A stretch of DNA of 64,000 bases. It comes from Rhodospirillaceae bacterium. GTDB taxonomy: Bacteria; Pseudomonadota; Gammaproteobacteria; Steroidobacterales; Rariloculaceae. Both the position numbers and the translations under genes were made by a program. The stretch lies in NCBI GenBank assembly GCA_024638465.1, contig JAHEKF010000008.1, positions 4,549-68,548 on the forward strand, given 5' to 3'. The notes beneath the pieces were generated by a model. The model had not been told where the DNA came from and searched no databases. It saw nothing but the letters and a program-made list of their open reading frames with translations. Positions 41,294 to 50,575 of the stretch are shown here, piece after piece (within the stretch, counting starts at the first letter, position 1; every line of letters starts with the position of its first letter).

Positions 41294-41559
41294 CTCGTCG
41301 CTCCTCTTTCCTCGAGGAATTTAGCGATCGCCAATGCGCCTACGAGGTTCAACAGCGCATAGCCTGTCGAGATGTCGACGAACATGTCGACTTGTCCGAG
41401 CCCGGAACCGATCACTACGAGCAGAATGATGGCTTTCGTCGAGATGCCGTTGAGCCCGAGCATCCGGTCGAACGCCGTCGGTCCGCGCACAACCCGGTAC
41501 AGATTGACCAGCATCAGCAGCGCCAAAGTCGTCAGGAGGAAGGTAAAGAAAGCACTCAT
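41290..41559 (-). CDS. mrpF: MrpF-like subunit
   Basis: YRVVRGPTAFDRML; start ATG 41559 overlaps the mrpE stop. Confidence 0.88.
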   Translation of the reverse strand: MSAFFTFLLTTLALLMLVNLYRVVRGPTAFDRMLGLNGISTKAIILLVVIGSGLGQVDMFVDISTGYALLNLVGALAIAKFLEERGATR

Positions 41560-42026
41560 TGCTCGCCGTTCCTCGGCTTGAACACGGTGCCGACTTTGGC
41601 ATCGAACTCGCCGCTCTCGAGCCCCCGGGTAGATTCCGCATCGATCGCATGAACCAGGAGCTCGCCCGGCCTGGCTTCGACGGTGACCGTACCGGGAGTC
41701 AGCGTTATCGAGTTCCCGAGGACGACGATCTCGCCGTCGCTCTTGAGGTCCGTCTTGTGTTGTACGAGTCTCGGAGCGATAGGAAGCCTGGGGTTGAGGA
41801 TCAACCAACTGACATGGATTCCGCTCTTCACGACACGCACGAGCAGCCAGGGCAAATAGCCCAGCGCTGCCGGCAGCGAGACGCGTCGCTGCATTGGCGG
41901 GCCGGGGGGCGTCAGCCACGCTACAACGCTGGCGACGACAGCGCCGAGCGCGACATGAGCGGGATGAAGCGTAGCCGACAGGACCAACCAGAGGGCAAAA
42001 AGCGCGATAGCAGCCAAAAATCTCAT
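41556..42026 (-). CDS. mrpE: MrpE-like subunit
   Basis: LGNSITLTPGTVTV...LLVHAI. Confidence 0.9.
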   Translation of the reverse strand: MRFLAAIALFALWLVLSATLHPAHVALGAVVASVVAWLTPPGPPMQRRVSLPAALGYLPWLLVRVVKSGIHVSWLILNPRLPIAPRLVQHKTDLKSDGEIVVLGNSITLTPGTVTVEARPGELLVHAIDAESTRGLESGEFDAKVGTVFKPRNGEQ

Positions 42027-44887
42027 AACTCTATGCGCTCCCAGGTCGCGTCCGTGTTGTAGCGATGGAATGTAAACGCTTCCGGATCGACTGCGACCAG
42101 GTTCACCCAGCCGTTATGAAAGAACTGCTGAAGTATTTCGTGTTTGGCGATGATCCCTCCGATAATCGATGGCGCTGCTTCGATGATCGCCATCAGTCGC
42201 ATCGGCTCATGAAAATGGATCTCGCCATTGTTGACCGTTTGCAGAGGCAATCCGGTCGCGAGGTCGCTCTGCGCGCCATACATCACGCCGACGCCCGCCA
42301 CGATGTTATGAATGACCTTGCTCCCGCTGCCGTATTTCCACGGATCGGTCGCGGAAGTGTAGTACTGCATGTTTATCCACTCGCCGACGACGAGTGGTGC
42401 CGTCATGATTTTCTCCAGTATCGCACCCTCCGGATCGGTGCTGGCATCATAGGAGTGCAGAAAGCAACGGCCGCCAAGATTGGATCCTTTGGTCAACGCC
42501 CGGCGTGCGATGATGAACCCGACATTGCCGGACAGACCCCACTCGGGCCGTGTGTTGGCCCAGTCGTAACCTCGCGCCTCGACGTGCGCATGGGCCTGCT
42601 GCGGCGTCATGCCACGGGGCGTCCCCGGAATGCGGCCGCAACGCTCCAGTGCTTGTTGTTCGCCACCCTCGATCAATGCCTCGCGAAGCTTCTGCAAGTC
42701 TTCCTGAAAGCTGTCGGGAAGATCAACGAGATCATAGAAATCGACCCGGTCAGCCGTGGTGTTGTGCTTGGCGGGAAGAAACCAGGTGTCCTCGGGGATC
42801 GACAGGCCTCGCTTCGCGAGCTCAGCGCGTACGGCCGGATCGTTGCCCATCGCGGCAAACGTGCGCGCGTTGGGGTCTCCGTGACGCCCGCCGCAGGCAC
42901 CACAGTCGAGCGCAGCGAAATAGGGGTTATTGTCCGTTGTGCTGCCATGACCACAGAGCACGATAAATCGAGCGAAGTTGTCAGTCAGGCCGATGGTACG
43001 GAGTCCGCCCTCCACGAAGTTCGCCTGCTGCTCGAGCGAAAAACCGCGGGGCAGCGCTATCGGCAGACCGCCAATCTGCGGCGGCTCGCTCTCGCCGACC
43101 TTGATCTCCGTCACGACCGGTCGCAGGAACCAGCCGCGCGTCGCGCGGACCAGCGCCTTGTACGGCCGCCGCACCAGCGTCTTGCCCAGCAACGCAGCGC
43201 TGAAGAACAACCCGAGCACATCAACGAGCAAAAAGGCTGCGACAGGATTGTGCTTCAGCTCGTGGAAAAGGTGCTCGCCGAAGCGTTTCCAGCGCGAACC
43301 GGAAGCGTATCGCTCCAGCGCCTGCTCCTGACCTGCGCGAGGCAGTTCGGCGAGCGCGTTCCCCGGTGTAAGAAGTACCGGACAAAGCGGGAAGGATTCG
43401 TCTGTATCGAAATTGCGGTGGTCCATCGGGATACCGAAAAAACCCGCGTATCCGAAGGTCTCGATTGCCCCGGTGTTTTCGAAGTGGCGACGAAACGGCT
43501 CCGAGCGGACGTCGATGCAGAACGCGGCCTGCGCCAGCGGACGCTCGTCGAGCGGTCGAACCGTTTTCCGGTCGGCTGCAATCTTCGACAGCAATTCATG
43601 GCGGTAGGAGTCTTCGTACGCTTCGAGCCAGACCGGGCTGTGCCGATCCGTTGGAAACGCGTCGAGCCAATCGAGCAATACGGATGCATGCTCGCCGGTC
43701 ATCGCCTGAACTTCATCGTCCGCGAGCGCAAGAAACTGTGCGAGGTGAAAGACACGCCATGCGTTGTGGCAAACCGCGCGCTTGTTGGCACCGACGGTTG
43801 AACCGGCCACCATGCCCTCAGCTTCGAGTCGGTTTGCGATGGCCGGAAGGTTTCCCGATACATTCCATCTTCGGTGCGCTTCCACGGCGACGAATTCCGC
43901 TTCGTAGAACAGACGCACAGCGAGGTATTGCGCGACATCGATCGGATTCACTTTTTGAATCGGATCCTCGGGATTCAGACCGCGCCAGCGGATCAGGCCC
44001 GTCCAGCCGGGAAGCTGGCCGAGCACGCGCATCAAATAGTCAGGCCAGCGCGCCTCGGGAATCTGCAACGTCTCAAGAGAATTCCGGATGGCGCCCTCAG
44101 GGTCATCGGGGAGCGCGCGGATCTTTTCCGCGAACCCGTCGATGCCGAGAAGCCGGCCGCTCGCGTCGTGCTGGGCGAGCTCACGCCATGCAGCGTAGAA
44201 GCCGGACCGTCTTTCGGGCATACCCCATCCGGCCATACCTTCATCGACGAACGACGAAACCCATTTGATTGTCTGCCGATCGATCGATGCGACGATGGAT
44301 GAGCCAGTGAGTTCGTCCAGCCAGTCGCTGAGCGCGCGGCGAAACGGCAGCTCGATCGTTGCGACGTCCGGGTTATCGTCTGCCGGGTCGGACGCACCGA
44401 TGCGGGGATCGATGAGATCCAGCGACGAGAGTACGCGCTGCCAGAGCGCGCTGAGGTCGACTTCCGTCGACGCGCCCGTGCGCGGTTGCGACAAGGCTCC
44501 GGCACTCGTGAACTGCCAGTCGAACAACGCCGGCTCGAGCGGATCGATGCCATGCAGAAAATGCATTCGCTGCACTTCCGCTGCCGATATCTTGCGTGAT
44601 CCGAGCGACAGCGATGCATCGTCCGTCGGACCGAGGCGTGCGATAGCGCGATCGACACTGCGCTCCGTGATTCGCCCGGCCTGATAGAGACTGCGGTATT
44701 CATCGACCGGCAAATAGCCTTCGGCACCGAACAAGTGCTTCGCCTGGCGCATTGCCTCGTCGAACGGCAGATGCTCGAGGCCCTGGATCGGATTGTGAGA
44801 CACGTAACCTTTCATCGGCCAGAACTGCGAGACCGGCTCGACGGCCTCGTCGATCAGCTGACGAAGTGTGGTGCTCGTCGCGGCCAT
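42023..44887 (-). CDS. dabA: DabA / DUF2309 (UPF0753) inorganic carbon transporter catalytic subunit
   Basis: WPMKGYVSHNP; beta-CA-like Zn ligand motifs FCIDVRSE, CGHGS...NNPY and LDCGACGG; RPEWGL, FLHSYD, HEPMRL. Confidence 0.93.
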   Translation of the reverse strand: MAATSTTLRQLIDEAVEPVSQFWPMKGYVSHNPIQGLEHLPFDEAMRQAKHLFGAEGYLPVDEYRSLYQAGRITERSVDRAIARLGPTDDASLSLGSRKISAAEVQRMHFLHGIDPLEPALFDWQFTSAGALSQPRTGASTEVDLSALWQRVLSSLDLIDPRIGASDPADDNPDVATIELPFRRALSDWLDELTGSSIVASIDRQTIKWVSSFVDEGMAGWGMPERRSGFYAAWRELAQHDASGRLLGIDGFAEKIRALPDDPEGAIRNSLETLQIPEARWPDYLMRVLGQLPGWTGLIRWRGLNPEDPIQKVNPIDVAQYLAVRLFYEAEFVAVEAHRRWNVSGNLPAIANRLEAEGMVAGSTVGANKRAVCHNAWRVFHLAQFLALADDEVQAMTGEHASVLLDWLDAFPTDRHSPVWLEAYEDSYRHELLSKIAADRKTVRPLDERPLAQAAFCIDVRSEPFRRHFENTGAIETFGYAGFFGIPMDHRNFDTDESFPLCPVLLTPGNALAELPRAGQEQALERYASGSRWKRFGEHLFHELKHNPVAAFLLVDVLGLFFSAALLGKTLVRRPYKALVRATRGWFLRPVVTEIKVGESEPPQIGGLPIALPRGFSLEQQANFVEGGLRTIGLTDNFARFIVLCGHGSTTDNNPYFAALDCGACGGRHGDPNARTFAAMGNDPAVRAELAKRGLSIPEDTWFLPAKHNTTADRVDFYDLVDLPDSFQEDLQKLREALIEGGEQQALERCGRIPGTPRGMTPQQAHAHVEARGYDWANTRPEWGLSGNVGFIIARRALTKGSNLGGRCFLHSYDASTDPEGAILEKIMTAPLVVGEWINMQYYTSATDPWKYGSGSKVIHNIVAGVGVMYGAQSDLATGLPLQTVNNGEIHFHEPMRLMAIIEAAPSIIGGIIAKHEILQQFFHNGWVNLVAVDPEAFTFHRYNTDATWERIEL

Positions 44888-44889
44888 TC

Positions 44890-46521
44890 TCAGCCCTTTC
44901 TTTTCCGTCCCGACAACGGATGGCCGGACAGTTGCTGATGGCCGTCGAGTCCGGCAATCGAAAGCTGGCGATCACCCTCTTCGAACTCTCGCTTCAGCGC
45001 AGCGAGATTGGCCATGACGGTATGGTCGACAAATTTCGTGCCTGAAAGATCGACGACAACTTCCTTCGCGCTCTGCGCCTCGATCCGGCTCTTCAGAGCA
45101 ATCCAGGTACTGAAGACGGCTGAATCGTCGACCTTGATCGTCGCCGAATCGCCTCCACCCGTACCGACCCTGATGCTCGGTTTGAACAGTGAACCAATCG
45201 GCGCTCCGTTGATGACATGGATTATCGCTTTGACGAGAATGCCGATCATGATTCCGATCAGCAGGTCGGTAGCGAGCACACCGAGAATAGTTGAAACAAA
45301 GACGATGAGCTGCTCGCGCCCGATCTTGTACATGTGCATGAACTCCTGCGGCGAAGCCAGCCGGAATCCCGTGAATACGAGCATGGCCGCAAGCGCTGCG
45401 AGCGGAATCTGGTTGATGAGCGCCGGAGCGAGCGCCACGAACAGCAGCAGGAATATGCCATGGAACATGTTCGCGAAACGCGTACGCGCGCCATTGTCGA
45501 TATTCGCTTTACTTCGCACGATCTCGGAGATCATCGGCAAGCCACCGATGAAAGCTGCGACTGTGTTGCCGATACCGACTGCCAGCAGGTCCTTGTCGAG
45601 ATTCGTTTTGCGCCGCCAGGGATCGATCTGATCGACAGCCTTGGCGCTCAGCAGCGACTCGAGGCTACCGATCAGCGAGAACATAATGATGTATTTGATG
45701 CCGACCGATGTCAGTACGCCGGAAAAATCCGGAAACGTCAGCGCGCTGAACATATTGCTCGGGACATTGACGAGATAGCGCGGCCCGACCGAACTCTCCT
45801 GCCCCGCGAACGCGATGGTGTGCTCCGTACCGATATCGAAGAAGATGCCGAGCGGTACTGCGATCAGCAATACCAGCATGGGCGCCGGGATGATCTTCAG
45901 CGTCGGATTCTTGATCAACGGAAAGCCGAACATGATGACGAGGCTGATGCCACCGATCAGCGCAATCACCGGGTTCATATCGATGAAATATTGAGGAAAC
46001 GACGCGAGTCGTTCCAGCGGCGTTCCTTCGGCCTGTACACCGAGCGTGATCGGCACCTGCGTTGCGATCACGAGAACACCGATCGACGCGAGCAGGCCGT
46101 GCACGGCCGATGTCGGGAAAAACTCGCCGAGTATTCCCGAGCGAAACACTCCGAAAAGAATCTGGATAACGCCGGCAACCACGCCGACACCGAGCGCCAG
46201 GCGATAGGCCTGAAAGTCGGCGGTGGGATCAGCGCCGCCGGTGAAGCCGAACTCGGTCACGCAACCCAGCGCGATAACGATGAGCCCCGCGGCCGGGCCC
46301 TTGATGGTCAGCTCCGAGTTGCTGATGAAGGCGGAGAGGATACCGCCGACAATCGCTGTGAAGACGCCCGCGATCGCAGGGTACCCGCATGCGAGTGAAA
46401 TCGCGAGACACAACGGCAGCGCAATCAGGAATACGAGGAAACCCGACAGCATGTCGGCTTTCCAGCTCTTCTTCAGGCCATCGAGCGTTCCCAAGGGAAC
46501 GTCGGGTGTTTGTGTATTCAT
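44890..46521 (-). CDS. SulP/SLC26 anion (probably bicarbonate) transporter
   Basis: SGFLVFLIALPLCLAI, KGPAAGL, LESLLS, EIVRSKANI, IPLAALAA; short STAS-like tail. Confidence 0.92.
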   Translation of the reverse strand: MNTQTPDVPLGTLDGLKKSWKADMLSGFLVFLIALPLCLAISLACGYPAIAGVFTAIVGGILSAFISNSELTIKGPAAGLIVIALGCVTEFGFTGGADPTADFQAYRLALGVGVVAGVIQILFGVFRSGILGEFFPTSAVHGLLASIGVLVIATQVPITLGVQAEGTPLERLASFPQYFIDMNPVIALIGGISLVIMFGFPLIKNPTLKIIPAPMLVLLIAVPLGIFFDIGTEHTIAFAGQESSVGPRYLVNVPSNMFSALTFPDFSGVLTSVGIKYIIMFSLIGSLESLLSAKAVDQIDPWRRKTNLDKDLLAVGIGNTVAAFIGGLPMISEIVRSKANIDNGARTRFANMFHGIFLLLFVALAPALINQIPLAALAAMLVFTGFRLASPQEFMHMYKIGREQLIVFVSTILGVLATDLLIGIMIGILVKAIIHVINGAPIGSLFKPSIRVGTGGGDSATIKVDDSAVFSTWIALKSRIEAQSAKEVVVDLSGTKFVDHTVMANLAALKREFEEGDRQLSIAGLDGHQQLSGHPLSGRKRKG

Positions 46522-46690
46522 GTCACCCTTCTTATCTTTGTTTCTAGAAATCGAAAGCGGATCGGCGGCGAACGCCGTCGCTCCTTTATTTTGCAGGACC
46601 GAGACCGGCCGTAATCTTCAGCGCTCCCCATGGAGCAGATTCATCGTCTCACTCCCCCTTTCGGGTTGTTATTGTGTGCAACCGCCGCGG

Positions 46691-47047
46691 TCATCGCCAG
46701 ACACGTCGTACGTCTTCTACGGCGCGACTGAGTTGCTCGGCATCTTCTGAGCGTGTATCCAAAAACTTTAATGCCTTGAGAAGCCAGCTTGCAAGCCCGC
46801 GATTGGTAAGAGAATACCGCACACTGCGCCCATCGCGTCGCTGTTTTACGAGCTTCGCGTGCCGCAGCACACTCAAATGCTGTGAAACCGTCGGCTGCGG
46901 CACTTCCAGGATTTCGACGAGCGAGTGTACGTCAAGCTCGCCGCTGTCGCCGTGAGCGAGCTCTTCGACGATGCGAATCCGAATTTCGTGGCCGAGCGCA
47001 CGGAACGTCTCAGCAATTTCACGCGCTACCATTTTTCGTGCGGGCAT
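46691..47047 (-). CDS. ArsR/SmtB family transcriptional regulator
   Basis: FRALGHEIRIRIV...QPTVSQHLSVLR...RRDGRSVRYSL. Confidence 0.9.
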   Translation of the reverse strand: MPARKMVAREIAETFRALGHEIRIRIVEELAHGDSGELDVHSLVEILEVPQPTVSQHLSVLRHAKLVKQRRDGRSVRYSLTNRGLASWLLKALKFLDTRSEDAEQLSRAVEDVRRVWR

Positions 47048-47187
47048 TAATATATCCTAATACGATGTTGTATTATCGGCAACATGGAACGGGATGGCGG
47101 CGTCGGCTCGGACCGATCGTCCGCTGTCGCCATCGCGTCGGCCGGCGCGACAGCAGTTGCGCTTGACTGAATGATTCGAAAGGAGCC

Positions 47188-47913
47188 TTGTTGGTGCGAA
47201 CGATTGGCGGGCTGACGCGCAGAGCGCTCATTGCCAGTATCGCGGTCACTGCCGCGTTGTTCGGAACGCTGGCACATGCGCAAGTCGACGAAGACAAGTT
47301 GGGCGCGTGGTACATGTACTTCTGGAGCATCCCGGCCGGTGACCGCAGCTACGGCTTCCAGGGTGACATCCAGCATCGCAACTGGGACAGCGGCGGGGAT
47401 CTCGAACAGCTGCTGATTCGCGGCGGCGTAACCTGGACGCCCGAAGGCAGGCGAGAGTTGTACACGCTGGGCGCCGCACACATCACATCGGAGCCGTTCG
47501 GCCCCGGCGGCGAAGCAGTCTACGAAACCCGGCTGTACCAGGAAGCCCTGATTCCTCAGCGTCTCGGGCGCAAGATCCATCTCACGCATCGCTTTCGCTT
47601 CGAGCAACGCTGGGTTGATAACCAGGATACCCGCTTCAGGGCACGCTACTTTTTCGCGCTGAATTACCCGTTCAACCAGGACACACTGGGCCGCGGCGCT
47701 CACTATTTATCTTTCTATAACGAGGTGTTTCTGAACCTCAATCAGAACATCGGCGACGGTCGCCGCGTGAGCCACTTCGACCGTAATCGCTTCTATCTTG
47801 CGTACGGCTACAGTGTTCGCGACAACATGCGCATCCAGTTTGGTTGGATGCACCAGGAAACGGATGCCATCGGTAAGCAACAGCTACAGTTCAACCTGTT
47901 TCATACTTTCTGA
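47188..47913 (+). CDS. DUF2490-like outer-membrane beta-barrel protein
   Basis: Signal peptide (AHA-Q), GAWYMYF, ETRLYQE, HRFRFEQRW, YNEVFLN, FDRNRFY, terminal Phe. Confidence 0.8.
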   Translation: MLVRTIGGLTRRALIASIAVTAALFGTLAHAQVDEDKLGAWYMYFWSIPAGDRSYGFQGDIQHRNWDSGGDLEQLLIRGGVTWTPEGRRELYTLGAAHITSEPFGPGGEAVYETRLYQEALIPQRLGRKIHLTHRFRFEQRWVDNQDTRFRARYFFALNYPFNQDTLGRGAHYLSFYNEVFLNLNQNIGDGRRVSHFDRNRFYLAYGYSVRDNMRIQFGWMHQETDAIGKQQLQFNLFHTF

Positions 47914-47944
47914 ACCGCCTGGCTGACCGCCACGTTACGCTGGC

Positions 47945-47974
47945 AAAAAAAACGGCCCGCACAGGGCGGGCCGT
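47945..47974 (-). terminator. Rho-independent terminator of the TorF-like porin gene
   Basis: ACGGCCCGC-ACAGG-GCGGGCCGT stem next to an A8 run on plus (U-tract on minus). A second hairpin CAACTCAG/CTGAGTTG lies at 47983-48002. Confidence 0.8.
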
Positions 47975-48015
47975 CATGGCCACAACTCAGGGGGCTGAGT
48001 TGCGTCCGGGGGGAT

Positions 48016-48786
48016 CTAGAGCTCGAAATCCATACTGTAGGACAGGACGAACTTGGGTTCGCCGTTGTCGTTACCGCTGATGTCGAGACCGCCGGGATAG
48101 GGCCCGCCGGGATCGGGCACGGAGTCGAGATCCGTGTCCGAGATCGTGAACGTGAAATTATCGACGCTGAAGGAGATTCCGTAATCGATGTAGCTATCGG
48201 TAGCGAAGTTGAACCAGGTCATGAAGTCGCCGTCATGAGCCCCGAGATGCAGGCCGATCCCAAGTCCGCTAGCGGTCTCGAATTCATAGTCCAGCGAAAG
48301 ATAGTAAGCCTCGCCGAAGCCGAAATCCGCGCGGGGTACTAAAAACGCGCTCTCGTATTCGACTTCGTTGGCCTCGGTTCCGCCGAGAATATAAGCCGTG
48401 GCGCTGAAGCCACCGTAACCGATGGAACCGTAGATCTCGTGGAAATCGATGTTGGCGAGATCGTCGTAGTTGTAGTACAGCCAGCCGACGTCGTAGGTGA
48501 CGTCGTCACCGCCGGACCAGCCGAAGTAGACGTCGTGCTCGTAAGAATAGGGATCGCCGGGAGCATACTCGACGTTGGATACCCACGTTCCCGCGTAGAA
48601 GCCGTTGTCGCCGGCCCAGTCGAGACCACCCTGTACGGCCGCCGAGTTGATTGTCTGGGTCAGACCGCGCCAAAGATAGTTGTTGGTCACGCTGGCATTG
48701 GCGCTGATCTGAGCCATCGCAGTGCCGCTTCCCAACGACAGCACGGCTACCGCCGCCAAGATTCCTGAACTTTTCATCGTAATCAT
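48016..48786 (-). CDS. TorF/Gcw_chp-family putative porin
   Basis: Signal peptide, NYLWRGLTQT, AVQGGLDW, GFYAGTWVSNV, EHDVYFGW. Confidence 0.85.
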   Translation of the reverse strand: MITMKSSGILAAVAVLSLGSGTAMAQISANASVTNNYLWRGLTQTINSAAVQGGLDWAGDNGFYAGTWVSNVEYAPGDPYSYEHDVYFGWSGGDDVTYDVGWLYYNYDDLANIDFHEIYGSIGYGGFSATAYILGGTEANEVEYESAFLVPRADFGFGEAYYLSLDYEFETASGLGIGLHLGAHDGDFMTWFNFATDSYIDYGISFSVDNFTFTISDTDLDSVPDPGGPYPGGLDISGNDNGEPKFVLSYSMDFEL

Positions 48787-48850
48787 CCTTTTTCAACGAA
48801 TGTCTATAGTTGTTATCGGCGTTGATTCACCGATCACTGCGCAGAGTAGA

Positions 48851-48866
48851 AGCACAAACCGTGCCA
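48851..48866 (-). promoter_or_regulatory. Sigma54 (-24/-12) promoter
   Basis: Minus strand TGGCACGGTTTGTGCT with GG-N10-GC spacing. Confidence 0.75.
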
Positions 48867-48930
48867 AATAGAAATTCTTCTTATTTAATAAAGGATTACG
48901 TGTGAACACGCGGAAACGACTTGATCGTTC

Positions 48931-48978
48931 AGCCCCCTCCTAGTGCACGGATGAGGGGCAACGCACCGATGTAGTGCA
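48931..48978. promoter_or_regulatory. NtrC-like enhancer sites
   Basis: CGCACCGATGTAGTGCA (48962-48978) and TGCACGGATGAGGGGCA (48944-48960) resemble TGCACC-N5-GGTGCA. They sit about 100 bp upstream of the sigma54 site, across an AT-rich tract. Confidence 0.6.
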
Positions 48979-49051
48979 TGCGGGCGCTACGGTTGCGGAC
49001 CTATCGGCAGCGCGGCTTGCCGACTTCGGCGCGAGGACGCGCCGCGCGAAT

Positions 49052-49348
49052 TCAGCCGCCGGCGATGGCGCCCACGACGAGAAACGGTTCGGCGCCCGAG
49101 GCTACCGGTTCGGCGAGTGGCGCGTTCGCCGGCTCATGGGTCACATCTTCGTTGCAGGCGAAAAACCTGACGAGCGGGCGGCGGCGCCTGGTCGCGTGGT
49201 CTCGAATCGTGCCGCGAAGCATCGGGTAACGAGCCTCGAGAGCATCCAGGACCGACTCCTGCGTGACCTCGCCCTCGACCAGGAGCACGATCTCTCCTTC
49301 GACACCCGCGAGCGTGTTCAGATGGTGCGGAAGTACGACGCGGATCAT
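49052..49348 (-). CDS. MoaD/ThiS-family ubiquitin-like protein
   Basis: 98 aa, beta-grasp-like pattern, ends AIAGG. Confidence 0.9.
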   Translation of the reverse strand: MIRVVLPHHLNTLAGVEGEIVLLVEGEVTQESVLDALEARYPMLRGTIRDHATRRRRPLVRFFACNEDVTHEPANAPLAEPVASGAEPFLVVGAIAGG

Positions 49349-50547
49349 TCGATAGTCTGAACCTCGACCGACAGGACACTCGGCAGATCCCGGACGATCG
49401 GAGCCCAGCTGTCGCCGCCGTCAGCCGAGCCGTAGACCTGTCCGCCTGTCGTCCCGAAGTAGATACCGCAGGGGTCGAGCCTGTCGACGGACATCGCGTC
49501 GCGTAGCACATTCACGTAGCAGTCTTTCTGCGGCAGTCCGTCCGTGAGCGGTTCCCACTCGTTGCCTCCCGTGCGGCTTCGATATACGCGCAACTTGCCT
49601 TCCGGCGGAAAGTGCTCGGAATCGCTCTTGATCGGAACAACAAAGATTGTCTCCGGCTCGTGCGCATGCACGTCGATCGGAAAGCCGAAATCACTCGGCA
49701 GGTTGCCACTGACCTCTGTCCAGTTCTCGCCGGCATCGTCGCTGCGCATCACGTCCCAGTGCTTCTGCATGTACAAGGTATCGGGAGTCGCCGGATGCAT
49801 CGCCAGCCGGTGTACGCAGTGCCCGGTTTCGGCTGTCGGATCCGGAATGTACTGCGAGTGCAGGCCATTGTTGATCGGCTTCCAGCTTGCTCCGCCGTCG
49901 TCCGTCCTGAACGCACCCGCGGCAGATATCGCAACGTACATGCGCTTCGTATCGTCCGGGTGTAAAAGGATGCTGTGCAGGCACATCCCGCCCGCTCCCG
50001 GCTGCCAAGCGGGCCCCGATGCATGGCCACGCAACCCGGCGATTTCATCCCAGGACTCGCCGCCGTCAGTGGTCTGGAACAGCGCCGCATCTTCAACCCC
50101 GGCATACGCCGTATCGGGGTCCGTCAGCGAAGGCTCGAGGTGCCAGACGCGCGCGAACTCCCAGGGATGCTGGGTGCCGTCGTACCACTGGTGCGTCGTC
50201 AGCGGCTTTCCCGTCTCGTCGGATGTGTCGTAGACGAATTTGTTGCTTTCGCCCTGCGGCATCGACGGCGTCCCGTCCGGATCCTGAGGACCGGATGCCG
50301 CCTGATCCATCGAACCCGGCTGTTCCCAGGTCCTGCCGCCATCGCTCGATCGCTGGATGACCTGGCCGAACCAGGCACTTGTCTGCGAAGCGTAAATCCG
50401 GTCGGGGTCCGCGGGCGAACCCTTCATGTGATAGATCTCCCACCCTGCGAAACAGGGCCCGGACACGTTCCAGTCCGAGCGCGCCCCGTCCGATGTGAGA
50501 ATGAAAGCGCCTTTCTTGGTACCTACTAGAACCCTTATCGCGGTCAT
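49345..50547 (-). CDS. BNR/Asp-box repeat beta-propeller (sialidase-like), cytoplasmic
   Basis: Repeated S/TxDGGxxW Asp-boxes, [11 protein letters not shown]-terminus, no signal peptide. Confidence 0.85.
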   Translation of the reverse strand: MTAIRVLVGTKKGAFILTSDGARSDWNVSGPCFAGWEIYHMKGSPADPDRIYASQTSAWFGQVIQRSSDGGRTWEQPGSMDQAASGPQDPDGTPSMPQGESNKFVYDTSDETGKPLTTHQWYDGTQHPWEFARVWHLEPSLTDPDTAYAGVEDAALFQTTDGGESWDEIAGLRGHASGPAWQPGAGGMCLHSILLHPDDTKRMYVAISAAGAFRTDDGGASWKPINNGLHSQYIPDPTAETGHCVHRLAMHPATPDTLYMQKHWDVMRSDDAGENWTEVSGNLPSDFGFPIDVHAHEPETIFVVPIKSDSEHFPPEGKLRVYRSRTGGNEWEPLTDGLPQKDCYVNVLRDAMSVDRLDPCGIYFGTTGGQVYGSADGGDSWAPIVRDLPSVLSVEVQTIE

Positions 50548-50575
50548 GATTTCTCCTCGTCCGAACGGTACGTCA

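Noticed and set aside
42065-43801. Long opposite-strand ORFs (e.g. 42065-43801, 51704-53038, 5856-6932, 45334-46398)
   Set aside because: Antisense shadows of well-supported genes in GC-rich DNA, with no recognisable motifs.
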